A stretch of 64,000 nucleotides of DNA, from assembly GCA_040954595.2 (NCBI GenBank), contig CM082580.2:920783-984782 (forward strand), in the 5' to 3' direction. The translations under genes and the position numbers were made by a program. Source of the stretch: Balanoglossus misakiensis. Its lineage: Eukaryota > Animalia > Hemichordata. Of the stretch, positions 19,530-32,800 are shown piece after piece (the stretch's first letter is position 1; each line of letters opens with the position of its first letter). Under the pieces are notes generated by a model that did not search any database, had not been told where the DNA came from, and saw only the letters and a list, made by a program, of their open reading frames with translations.

Positions 19530-20814
19530 AAGACGTTCAAATAAACGAGTTCGTTGTTACACTTGCGATGACTGTTATGTTTCAATCAACATATAATTAA
19601 TTTCCCCATCGTTATCATTGCTCATTTATTATATTTTGGTGCAAACATCTAATGATAAGATCAACGTGAATGAAAATCTCTTCTCTCCATTCTTCCGTTG
19701 GTGGCGCTGAGCGGTATAGGAGCCTATATATACAGTGGGTGGGCAAATTGGCAGTTCATGGACTTTGCACTATGTATGTGGCACTGAAACTTATTTTGGA
19801 TGAACCTGACCTTATTGAATTCCAATTATTATGATCATCCCTTATTTTATGATTAAGCTACCAAAAAGGTCTGCTTTTATGATGTTCATTTCATTTATTT
19901 GAATCAGGTAAGGTTATAGAAAAATATACATGACACAGATACATGTATGCACCGTCCAAAAGGTTTTCAATACAGAAATGAGTTTAAAATATTTCTCCAG
20001 TGTATGCACTGTAGTGAATTTATATATGTACAGGCATAAACATTCAGCCTTCTGAAACAATTGTTATTGGGCACGGAAATTGTTGTTAGTACCTGTAAAG
20101 ATAGACCACAGCTGGAAGCAGTATAAATTTCTGCAAAATGACTGAAATAGTCTCGTATTCACCTGGGTAGAACAGTGAACAACTATTCTTGAAAGAAAGT
20201 TGTCACAAATACATATTTAACGCATTTGTCACTTAATGTCATCATCATCAACAAAAGAGCTAATAATAAAAACACCAAAATAGTTGTACGAGTGAACGAG
20301 CGAAAGTTCATACCACTAATGGATGTCAAGCATATTTAAACGTTTATGAACACATGCAGGCACAATTTAATTTGGTATTTGAATAGCCTGAATAGGTATA
20401 GAAGCAAACTTTGCACTCCAATTTTCACATTGTTTCAGCGCTTTTTTAATTATATGCACATGTCTAATATACTACACCAACAAATGCAGGTATATGTTTG
20501 ATTATTGTGGACATGGGTACCAGAACAGATAAAGCCCTGGCATTTGGGGAATTTGAGCACATAATGGAGTCTTACACAATACCTCATTAATTATGCACAT
20601 ATTTCATTCCAAGCTAACCACAAGCTAGAGGTTGGGTTTTTGGTGGACATGGACCTGTACAGTGTCAAACTGTTTTCCCCAAATTTGGGGTGACCTCAGG
20701 TGACCTTTGACCTACTTTCCCCATATCTTGGCATCCACAGCAGATACAGCCTTGGCATTTGCTGGTTACCATGGGAACCGCTTGTGCCCCGCCAACGCTG
20801 CTTGCAGCTTTAAT

Positions 20815-23800
20815 TTACCGATTTCTGTTGTGAGGCGCAGAACACATGATAGGCCTATGCGCATGAGACATTTTTCCACTAGACTCTGTAGATCGACGGA
20901 TAGTTGTAAAATTTCATGGTTGCTTCCAAATACAGCCTCGTTTATTTACCGATTTCTGTTGTGATGCGCATAACACATTGATAGGCCTATGCGCATAAGA
21001 ACGTTTCCACTAGACTTTGTAGATCGACGGATAGTTCTACAATGTCCATGGTTGCTTCCAAACAGCCTCGTTTATTTACCGATTTCTGTTGTGATGCGCA
21101 TAACACATAGATAGGCCTATGCGCATAAGAACGTTTTCCACTAGACTCTTTAGATCGACGGATAGTTGTACAATTTCCATGGTTGCTTCCAAACAGCCTC
21201 GTTTATTTACCGATTTCTGTTGTGAGGCGCAGAACACATGATAGGCCTATGCGCATAAGACATTTTTCCACTAGACTCTGTAGATCGACGGATAGTTCTA
21301 AAATTTCCATGGTTGCTTCCAAACAGCCTCGTTTATTTACCGAATTCTGTTGTGAGGCGCAGAGCACGTAATAGGCCTATGCGCATAAGAAAGTTTTCCA
21401 CCAGACTCTGTAGATCGACGGATAGTTGTAAAATTTCCATGGTTGCTTCCAAACAGCCTCGTTTATTTACCGATTTCTGTTGTGATGCGCAGAACACATA
21501 GATAGGCATATGTGCATAATAAAGTTTTCCACTAGACTCTGTAGATCGAGAGATAGTTCTAAAATTTCCATGGTTGCTTCCAAACACAGCCTCGTTTGTT
21601 TACAAAATTCTGTTGTGATGCGCAGAACACATATATAGGCCTATGCGCATAATAACGTTTTCCACTAGACTCTGTAGATCGACGGATAGTTGTAAAATTT
21701 CCATGGTTGCTTCCAAACAGCCTCGTTTATTTACCGAATTCTGTTGTGAGGCGCAGAACACATAGATAGGCATATGTGCATAAGAAAGTTTTCCACTATA
21801 GACTCTGTAGATCGAGAGATAGTTCTAAAATGTCCATGGTTGCTTCCAAACACAGCCTCGTTTGTTTACAAAATTCTGTTGTGATGCGCAGAACACATAT
21901 ATAGGCCTATGCGCATAATAACGTTTTCCACTAGACTCTGTAGATCGACGGATAGCTGTAAAATTTCCATGGTTGCTTCCAAACAGCCTCGTTTATTTAC
22001 CGAATTCTGTTGTGAGGCGCAGAACACATAGATAGGCATATGTGCATAAGAAAGTTTTCCACTACAGACTCTGTAGATCGAGAGATAGTTCTAAAATGTC
22101 CATGGTTGCTTCCAAACACAGCCTCGTTTATTTACCGATTTCTGTTGTGATGCGCATAACACATAGATAGGCCTATGCGCATAAGAACGTTTTCCACTAG
22201 ACTCTGTAGATCGACGGATAGCTGTAAAATTTCCATGGTTGCTTCCAAACAGCCTCGTTTATTTACCGATTTCTGTTGTGAGGCGCAGAACACATGATAG
22301 GCCTATGCGCATGAGACATTTTTCCACTAGACTCTGTAGATCGACGGATAGTTGTAAAATTTCATGGTTGCTTCCAAATACAGCCTCGTTTATTTACCGA
22401 TTTCTGTTGTGATGCGCATAACACATTGATAGGCCTATGCGCATAAGAACGTTTCCACTAGACTTTGTAGATCGACGGATAGTTGTACAATGTCCATGGT
22501 TGCTTCCAAACAGCCTCGTTTATTTACCGAATTCTGTTGTGAGGCGCAGAGCACGTAATAGGCCTATGCGCATAAGAAAGTTTTCCACCAGACTCTGTAG
22601 ATCGACGGATAGTTGTAAAATTTCCATGGTTGCTTCCAAACAGCCTCGTTTATTTACCGATTTCTGTTGTGATGCGCAGAACACATAGATAGGCATATGT
22701 GCATAATAAAGTTTTCCACTAGACTCTGTAGATCGAGAGATAGTTCTAAAATTTCCATGGTTGCTTCCAAACACAGCCTCGTTTGTTTACAAAATTCTGT
22801 TGTGATGCGCAGAACACATATATAGGCCTATGCGCATAATAACGTTTTCCACTAGACTCTGTAGATCGACGGATAGTTGTAAAATTTCCATGGTTGCTTC
22901 CAAATAGCCTCGTTTATTTACCGAATTCTGTTGTGAGGCGCAAAACACATAGATAGGCATATGTGCATAATAAAGTTTTCCACTATAGACTCTGTAGATC
23001 GAGAGATAGTTCTAAAATGTCCATGGTTGCTTCCAAACACAGCCTCGTTTGTTTACAAAATTCTGTTGTGATGCGCAGAACACATATATAGGCCTATGCG
23101 CATAAGAACGTTTCCACTAGACTCTGTAGATCGACGGATAGCTGTAAAATTTCCATGGTTGCTTCCAAACAGCCTCGTTTATTTACCGAATTCTGTTGTG
23201 AGGCGCAGAACACATAGATAGGCATATGTGCATAAGAACGTTTCCACTAGACTCTGTAGATCGACGGATAGCTGTAAAATTTCCATGGTTGCTTCCAAAC
23301 AGCCTCGTTTATTTACCGAATTCTGTTGTGAGGCGCAGAACACATAGATAGGCATATGTGCATAAGAAAGTTTTCCACTACAGACTCTGTAGATCGAGAG
23401 ATAGTTCTAAAATGTCCATGGTTGCTTCCAAACACAGCCTCGTTTATTTACCGATTTCTGTTGTGATGCGCAGAACACATAGATAGGCATATGTGCATAA
23501 GAAAGTTTTCCACTACAGACTCTGTAGATCGAGAGATAGTTCTAAAATGTCCATGGTTGCTTCCAAACACAGCCTCGTTTGTTTACAAAATTCTGTTGTG
23601 ATGCGCAGAACACATATATAGGCCTATGCGCATAATAACGTTTTCCACTAGACTCTGTAGATCGACGGATAGCTGTAAAATTTCTATGGTTGCTTCCAAA
23701 CAGCCTCGTTTATTTACCGATTTCTGTTGTGAGGCGCAGAACACATGATAGGCCTTTGCGCATGAGACATTTTTCCACTAGACTCTGTAGATCGACGGAT
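20815..23800 (+). repeat. ~131-bp tandem satellite, ~23 copies
   Basis: Unit TTACCGATTTCTGTTGTGAGGCGCAGAACACATAGATAGGCCTATGCGCATAAG...CAGCCTCGTTTAT starts at 20815, 20946, 21076, 21207 and onward. Confidence 0.97.
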
Positions 23801-26800
23801 TTTGAGATTTTGCAAATTCGAAAATTTGTCATTTTTTGATGATTTTCACCCATGATTTTTTTCAAAAATCGACGAAATTTTGAGATTTTGCAAAGTCGAA
23901 AATTTGTCATTTTTTGATTATTTTCACCCATGATTTTTTTCAAAAATCGACAAAATTTTTAGATTTTGCAAAGTCGACAATTTGTCATTTTTTGATGATT
24001 TTCACCATGATTTTTTTTTAAAAAATGACGAAATTTTGAGATTTTGCAAAGACGAAAATTTGTAATTTTTTGATGATTTTCACCCATGATTTTTTTTCAA
24101 AAATGTACGAAATTTTGAGATTTTGCAAAGTCGAAAATTTGTAATTTTTTGATGATTTTCACCCATGATTTTTTTCAAAAATCGACGAAATTTGAGATTT
24201 TGCAAAGTCGAAAATTTGTCATTTTTTGATGATTTTCACCCATGTTTTTTTTCAAAAATCTACGAAATTTTGAGATTTTGCAAAGTCGAAAATTTGTCAT
24301 TTTTTGATGATTTTCACCCATGATTTTTTTCAAAAATCGACAAAATTTTTAGATTTTGCAAAGTCGAAAATTTGTAATGTTTTGATGATTTTTACCCATG
24401 ATTTTTTTTTTCAAAAATCGACGAAATTTTGAGATTTTGCAAAGACGAAAATTTGTAATTTTTTGATGATTTTCACCCATGACTTTTTTTCAAAAATTTA
24501 CGAAATTTTGAGATTTTGCAAAGTCGAAAATTTGTCATTTTTTGATGATTTTCACCCATGATTTTTCTCAAAAATCGACGAAATTTTGAGATTTTGCAAA
24601 GTCGAAAATTTGTAATTTTTTGATGATTTTCACCCATGATTTTTTTTCAAAAATCAACGAACCCATGATTTTTTTTCAAAAATCGACAAAATTTTGAGAT
24701 TTTGCAAAGTCGAAAATTTGTCATTTTTTGATGATTTTCACCCATGATTTTTCTCAAAAATCGACGAAATTTTGAGATTTTGCAAAGTCGAAAATTTGTA
24801 ATTTTTTGATGATTTTCACCCATGATTTTTTTTCAAAAATCGACGAAATTTTGAGATTTTGCAATGTCGAAAATTTGTCATTTATTAATGATTTTCACCC
24901 ATGATTTTTTTTCAAAAATCGACAAATTTTTGAGATTTTGCAAAGTCGAAAATTTGTAATTTTTTGATGATTTTCACCCATGTTTTTTTTCAAAATTGAA
25001 CGAACCCATGATTTTTTTCAAAAATCGACGAAATTTTGAGATTTTGCAAAGTCGAAAATTTGTCATTTTTTGATGATTTTCACCCATGATTTTTTTCAAA
25101 AATCGACAAAATTTTGAGATTTTGCAAAGTCGAAAATTTGTAATTTTTTGATGATTTTTACCCATGATTTTTTTTTTCAAAAATCGACGAAATTTTGAGA
25201 TTTTGCAAATTCGAAAATTTGTAATTTTTTGATGATTTTCACCCTTTTTTTTTTCAAAAATCAACGAACCCATGATTTTTTTTCAAAAATCTACGAAATT
25301 TTGAGATTTTGCAAAGTCGAAAATTTGTCATTTTTTGATGATTTTCACCCATGATTTTTTTCAAAAATCGACAAAATTTTTAGATTTTGCAAAGTCGAAA
25401 ATTTGTAATTTTTTGATGATTTTTACCCATGATTTTTTTTTTCAAAAATCGACGAAATTTTGAGATTTTGCAAAGACGAAAATTTGTAATTTTTTGATGA
25501 TTTTCACCCATATTTTTTTTCAAAATTGAACGAACCCATGATTTTTTTCAAAAATCGACGAAATTTTGAGATTTTGCAAAGTCGAAAATTTGTCATTTTT
25601 TGATGATTTTCACCCATGATTTTTTTCAAAAATCGACGAAATTTTGAGATTTTGCAAAGTCGAAAATGTGTCATTTTTTGATGATTTTCACCCATGATTT
25701 TTTTCAAAAATCGACAAAATTTTGAGATTTTGCAAATTCGAAAATTTGTAATTTTTTGATGATTTTCACCCATGTTTTTTTTCAAAAATCAACGAACCCA
25801 TGATTTTTTTTCAAAAATCGACAAAATTTTGAGATTTTGCAAAGTCGAAAATTTGTCATTTTTTGATGATTTTCACCCATGATTTTTCTCAAAAATCGAC
25901 GAAATTTTGCAAAGTCGAAAATTTGTAATTTTTTGATGATTTTCACCCATGATTTTTTTTCAAAAATCGACGAAATTTTGAGATTTTGCAAAGTCGAAAA
26001 TTTGTCATTTATTAATGATTTTCACCCATGATTTTTTTTCAAAAATCGACAAAATTTTGAGATTTTGCAAAGTCGAAAATTTGTCATTTTTTGATGATTT
26101 TCACCCATGATTTTTTTCAAAAATCGACGAAATTGTGAGATTTTGCAAAGTCAAAAATTTGTCATTTTTTGATGATTTTCACCCATGTTTTTTTTTAAAA
26201 AATCGACGAACCTATGATATTTTTCAAAATCGACGAAATTTTGAGATTTTGCAAAGTCGAAAATTTGTAATTTTTTGATGATTTTCACCCATGATTTTTT
26301 TCAAAAATTGACGAAATTTCGAGATTTTGCAAAGTCGAAAATTTGTCATTTTTTGATGATTTTCACCCATGATTTTTTTTCAAAAATCGACGAAATGTTG
26401 AGATTTTGCAAAGTCGAAAATTTGTAATTTTTTGATGATTTTCACCCATGATTTTTTTCAAAAATCGACGAAATTGTGAGATTTTGCAAAGTCGATAATT
26501 TGTCATTTTTTGATGATTTTCCCCCAATGGTTTTTTTCAAAATCGACGAAATTTTGAGATTTTGCAAAGTCGAAAATTTGTCATTTTTTGATGATTTTCA
26601 CCCATGATTTTTTTCAAAAATCGACGAAATTTTGAGATTTTGCAAAGTCGAAAATTTGTCATTTTTTGATTATTTTCACCCATGATTTTTTTCAAAAATC
26701 GACAAAATTTTTAGATTTTGCAAAGTCGACAATTTGTCATTTTTTGATGATTTTCACCATGATTTTTTTTTAAAAAATGACGAAATTTTGAGATTTTGCA

Positions 26801-29800
26801 AAGACGAAAATTTGTAATTTTTTGATGATTTTCACCCATGATTTTTTTTCAAAAATGTACGAAATTTTGAGATTTTGCAAAGTCGAAAATTTGTCATTTT
26901 TTGATGATTTTCACCCATGATTTTTTTCAAAAATCGACGAAATTTGAGATTTTGCAAAGTCGAAAATTTGTCATTTTTTGATGATTTTCACCCATGTTTT
27001 TTTTCAAAAATCTACGAAATTTTGAGATTTTGCAAAGTCGAAAATTTGTCATTTTTTGATGATTTTCACCCATGATTTTTTTCAAAAATCGACAAAATTT
27101 TTAGATTTTGCAAAGTCGAAAATTTGTAATTTTTTGATGATTTTTACCCATGATTTTTTTTTTTCAAAAATCGACGAAATTTTGAGATTTTGCAAAGACG
27201 AAAATTTGTAATTTTTTGATGATTTTCACCCATGACTTTTTTTCAAAAATTTACGAAATTTTGAGATTTTGCAAAGTCGAAAATTTGTCATTTTTTGATG
27301 ATTTTCACCCATGATTTTTCTCAAAAATCGACGAAATTTTGAGATTTTGCAAAGTCGAAAATTTGTAATTTTTTGATGATTTTCACCCATGATTTTTTTT
27401 CAAAAATCAACGAACCCATGATTTTTTTTCAAAAATCGACAAAATTTTGAGATTTTGCAAAGTCGAAAATTTGTCATTTTTTGATGATTTTCACCCATGA
27501 TTTTTCTCAAAAATCGACGAAATTTTGAGATTTTGCAAAGTCGAAAATTTGTAATTTTTTGATGATTTTCACCCATGATTTTTTTTCAAAAATCGACGAA
27601 ATTTTGAGATTTTGCAATGTCGAAAATTTGTCATTTATTAATGATTTTCACCCATGATTTTTTTTCAAAAATCGACAAATTTTTGAGATTTTGCAAAGTC
27701 GAAAATTTGTAATTTTTTGATGATTTTCACCCATGTTTTTTTTCAAAATTGAACGATCCCATGATTTTTTTCAAAAATCGACGAAATTTTGAGATTTTGC
27801 AAAGTCGAAAATTTGTCATTTTTTGATGATTTTCACCCATGATTTTTTTCAAAAATCGACAAAATTTTTAGATTTTGCAAAGTCGAAAATTTGTAATTTT
27901 TTGATGATTTTTACCCATGATTTTTTTTTTCAAAAATCGACGAAATTTTGAGATTTTGCAAATTCGAAAATTTGTAATTTTTTGATGATTTTCACCCTTT
28001 TTTTTTCAAAAATCAACGAACCCATGATTTTTTTTCAAAAATCTACGAAATTTTGAGATTTTGCAAAGTCGAAAATTTGTCATTTTTTGATGATTTTCAC
28101 CCATGATTTTTTTCAAAAATCGACAAAATTTTTAGATTTTGCAAAGTCGAAAATTTGTAATTTTTTGATGATTTTTACCCATGATTTTTTTTTTCAAAAA
28201 TCGACGAAATTTTGAGATTTTGCAAAGACGAAAATTTGTAATTTTTTGATGATTTTCACCCATATTTTTTTTCAAAATTGAACGAACCCATGATTTTTTT
28301 CAAAAATCGACGAAATTTTGAGATTTTGCAAAGTCGAAAATTTGTCATTTTTTGATGATTTTCACCCATGATTTTTTTCAAAAATCGACGAAATTTTGAG
28401 ATTTTGCAAAGTCGAAAATGTGTCATTTTTTGATGATTTTCACCCATGATTTTTTTCAAAAATCGACAAAATTTTGAGATTTTGCAAATTCGAAAATTTG
28501 TAATTTTTTGATGATTTTCACCCATGTTTTTTTTCAAAAATCAACGAACCCATGATTTTTTTTCAAAAATCGACAAAATTTTGAGATTTTGCAAAGTCGA
28601 AAATTTGTCATTTATTAATGATTTTCACCCATGATTTTTTTTCAAAAATCGACAAATTTTTGAGATTTTGCAAAGTCGAAAATTTGTAATTTTTTGATGA
28701 TTTTCACCCATGATTTTTTTTCAAAAATCGACGAAATTTTGAGATTTTGCAATGTCGAAAATTTGTCATTTATTAATGATTTTCACCCATGATTTTTTTT
28801 CAAAAATCGACAAATTTTTGAGATTTTGCAAAGTCGAAAATTTGTAATTTTTTGATGATTTTCACCCATGTTTTTTTTCAAAATTGAACGATCCCATGAT
28901 TTTTTTCAAAAATCGACGAAATTTTGAGATTTTGCAATGTCGAAAATTTGTCATTTTTTGATGATTTTCACCCATGATTTTTTTCAAAAATCGACAAAAT
29001 TTTTAGATTTTGCAAAGTCGAAAATTTGTAATTTTTTGATGATTTTTACCCATGATTTTTTTTTTCAAAAATCGACGAAATTTTGAGATTTTGCAAATTC
29101 GAAAATTTGTAATTTTTTGATGATTTTCACCCTTTTTTTTTCAAAAATCAACGAACCCATGATTTTTTTTCAAAAATCTACGAAATTTTGAGATTTTGCA
29201 AAGTCGAAAATTTGTCATTTTTTGATGATTTTCACCCATGATTTTTTTCAAAAATCGACAAAATTTTTAGATTTTGCAAAGTCGAAAATTTGTAATTTTT
29301 TGATGATTTTTACCCATGATTTTTTTTTTCAAAAATCGACGAAATTTTGAGATTTTGCAAAGACGAAAATTTGTAATTTTTTGATGATTTTCACCCATAT
29401 TTTTTTTCAAAATTGAACGAACCCATGATTTTTTTCAAAAATCGACGAAATTTTGAGATTTTGCAAAGTCGAAAATTTGTCATTTTTTGATGATTTTCAC
29501 CCATGATTTTTTTCAAAAATCGACGAAATTTTGAGATTTTGCAAAGTCGAAAATGTGTCATTTTTTGATGATTTTCACCCATGATTTTTTTCAAAATTCG
29601 ACAAATTTTGAGATTTTGCAAATTCGAAAATTTGTAATTTTTTGATGATTTTCACCCATGTTTTTTTTCAAAAATCAACGAACCCATGATTTTTTTTCAA
29701 AAATCGACAAAATTTTGAGATTTTGCAAAGTCGAAAATTTGTCATTTTTTGATGATTTTCACCCATGATTTTTCTCAAAAATCGACGAAATTTTGCAAAG

Positions 29801-32800
29801 TCGAAAATTTGTAATTTTTTGATGATTTTCACCCATGATTTTTTTTCAAAAATCGACGAAATTTTGAGATTTTGCAAAGTCGAAAATTTGTCATTTATTA
29901 ATGATTTTCACCCATGATTTTTTTTCAAAAATCGACAAAATTTTGAGATTTTGCAAAGTCGAAAATTTGTAATTTTTTGATGATTTTCACCCATGTTTTT
30001 TTTCAAAATTGAACGAACCCATGATTTTTTTCAAAAATCGACGAAATTTTGAGATTTTGCAAAGTCGAAAATTTGTCATTTTTTTTGATGATTTTCACCC
30101 ATGTTTTTTTTTTCAAAAATCGACGAAATTTTGAGATTTTGCAAAGTCGAAAATTTGTCATTTATTAATGATTTTTACCCATGATTTTTTTTCAAAAATC
30201 GACAAATTTTTGAGATTTTGCAAAGTCGAAAATTTGTAATTTTTTGATGATTTTCACCCATGTTTTTTTTTTCAAAATTGAACGAACCCATGATTTTTTT
30301 CAAAAATCGACGAAATTTTGAGATTTTGCAAAGTCGAAAATTTGTAATTTTTTGATGATTTTCACCCATGTTTTTTTTCAAAAATCAACGAACCCATGAT
30401 TTTTTTTCAAAAATCGACAAAATTTTGAGATTTTGCAAAGTCGAAAATTTGTAATTTTTTGATGATTTTCACCCTTTTTTTTTCAAAAATCAACGAACCC
30501 ATGATTTTTTTTCAAAAATCTACGAAATTTTGAGATTTTGCAAAGTCGAAAATTTGTCATTTTTTGATGATTTTCACCCATGATTTTTTTCAAAAATCGA
30601 CAAAATTTTTAGATTTTGCAATGTCGAAAATTTGTAATTTTTTGATGATTTTTACCCATGATTTTTTTTTTCAAAAATCGACGAAATTTTGAGATTTTGC
30701 AAAGACGAAAATTTGTAATTTTTTGATGATTTTCACCCATATTTTTTTTCAAAATTGAACGAACCCATGATTTTTTTCAAAAATCGACGAAATTTTGAGA
30801 TTTTGCAAAGTCGAAAATTTGTCATTTTTTGATGATTTTCACCCATGATTTTTCTCAAAAATCGACGAAATTTTGCAAAGTCGAAAATTTGTAATTTTTT
30901 GATGATTTTCACCCATGATTTTTTTTCAAAAATCGACGAAATTTTGAGATTTTGCAAAGTCGAAAATTTGTCATTTATTAATGATTTTCACCCATGATTT
31001 TTTTTCAAAAATCGACAAAATTTTGAGATTTTGCAAAGTCGAAAATTTGTAATTTTTTGATGATTTTCACCCATGTTTTTTTTCAAAATTGAACGAACCC
31101 ATGATTTTTTTCAAAAATCGACGAAATTTTGAGATTTTGCAAAGTCGAAAATTTGTCATTTTTTGATGATTTTCACCCATGTTTTTTTTTTCAAAAATCG
31201 ACGAAATTTTGAGATTTTGCAAAGTCGAAAATTTGTCATTTATTAATGATTTTTACCCATGATTTTTTTTCAAAAATCGACAAATTTTTGAGATTTTGCA
31301 AAGTCGAAAATTTGTAATTTTTTGATGATTTTCACCCATGTTTTTTTTCAAAATTGAACGAACCCATGATTTTTTTCAAAAATCGACGAAATTTTGAGAT
31401 TTTGCAAAGTCGAAAATTTGTAATTTTTTGATGATTTTCACCCATGTTTTTTTTCAAAAATCAACGAACCCATGATTTTTTTTCAAAAATCGACAAAATT
31501 TTGAGATTTTGCAAAGTCGAAAATTTGTAATTTTTTGATGATTTTCACCCTTTTTTTTTCAAAAATCAACGAACCCATGATTTTTTTTCAAAAATCTACG
31601 AAATTTTGAGATTTTGCAAAGTCGAAAATTTGTCATTTTTTGATGATTTTCACCCATGATTTTTTTCAAAAATCGACAAAATTTTTAGATTTTGCAAAGT
31701 CGAAAATTTGTAATTTTTTGATGATTTTTACCCATGATTTTTTTTTTCAAAAATCGACGAAATTTTGAGATTTTGCAAAGACGAAAATTTGTAATTTTTT
31801 GATGATTTTCACCCATATTTTTTTTCAAAATTGAACGAACCCATGATTTTTTTCAAAAATCGACGAAATTTTGAGATTTTGCAAAGTCGAAAATGTGTCA
31901 TTTTTTGATGATTTTCACCCATGATTTTTTTCAAAAATCGACAAAATTTTGAGATTTTGCAAATTCGAAAATTTGTAATTTTTTGATGATTTTCACCCAT
32001 GTTTTTTTTCAAAAATCAACGAACCCATGATTTTTTTTCAAAAATCGACAAAATTTTGAGATTTTGCAAAGTCGAAAATTTGTCATTTTTTGATGATTTT
32101 CACCCATGATTTTTCTCAAAAATCGACGAAATTTTGCAAAGTCGAAAATTTGTAATTTTTTGATGATTTTCACCCATGATTTTTTTTCAAAAATCGACGA
32201 AATTTTGAGATTTTGCAAAGTCGAAAATTTGTCATTTATTAATGATTTTCACCCATGATTTTTTTTCAAAAATCGACAAAATTTTGAGATTTTGCAAAGT
32301 CGAAAATATGTAATTTTTTGATGATTTTCACCCATGTTTTTTTTCAAAATTGAACGAACCCATGATTTTTTTCAAAAATCGACGAAATTTTGAGATTTTG
32401 CAAAGTCGAAAATTTGTCATTTTTTGATGATTTTCACCCATGTTTTTTTTTTCAAAAATAGACGAAATTTTGAGATTTTGCAAAGTCGAAAATTTGTCAT
32501 TTATTAATGATTTTTACCCATGATTTTTTTTCAAAAATCGACAAATTTTTGAGATTTTGCAAAGTCGAAAATTTGTAATTTTTTGATGATTTTCACCCAT
32601 GTTTTTTTTCAAAATTGAACGAACCCATGATTTTTTTCAAAAATCGACGAAATTTTGAGATTTTGCAATGTCGAAAATTTGTAATTTTTTGATGATTTTC
32701 ACCCATGTTTTTTTTCAAAAATCAACGAACCCATGATTTTTTTTCAAAAATCGACAAAATTTTGAGATTTTGCAAAGTCGAAAATTTGTAATTTTTTGAT

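Larger units (their letters stand above)
1820..20814 (+). mobile_element. Putatively autonomous Helentron/Helitron2-type rolling-circle transposon (family B, ~19 kb including nested insertions); strand follows the terminal structures
   Basis: 5' 14-bp hairpin at 1820-1852 contains GGGGCACAAGC (1822-1832). The complementary 3' subTIR GCTTGTGCCCC is at 20780-20790, the stem-loop GCTGCTTGCAGC at 20797-20808, then TTTAAT. Flanks are T-runs and no TSD is visible. The element encloses the Rep/helicase/endonuclease ORF. Confidence 0.88.

Noticed and set aside
19477-19710. Partial CTCF-like motifs (TAGCGCCCCC; GGTGGCGCTG)
   Set aside because: Only half of the consensus matches, so they cannot be supported without a PWM scan.
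19948-19957. TGCACCGTCC matching the arm of the hairpin at 63934-63959, as a possible partner subTIR
   Set aside because: It lies inside the family B element, lacks a convincing terminal structure, and a single 10-mer match could be chance.
20707-23800. Regular ~131-bp periodicity with palindromes resembling a CRISPR array, and short ORFs within it
   Set aside because: The whole unit repeats with no unique spacers, there are no cas genes and the context is eukaryotic. The ORFs are satellite translations.
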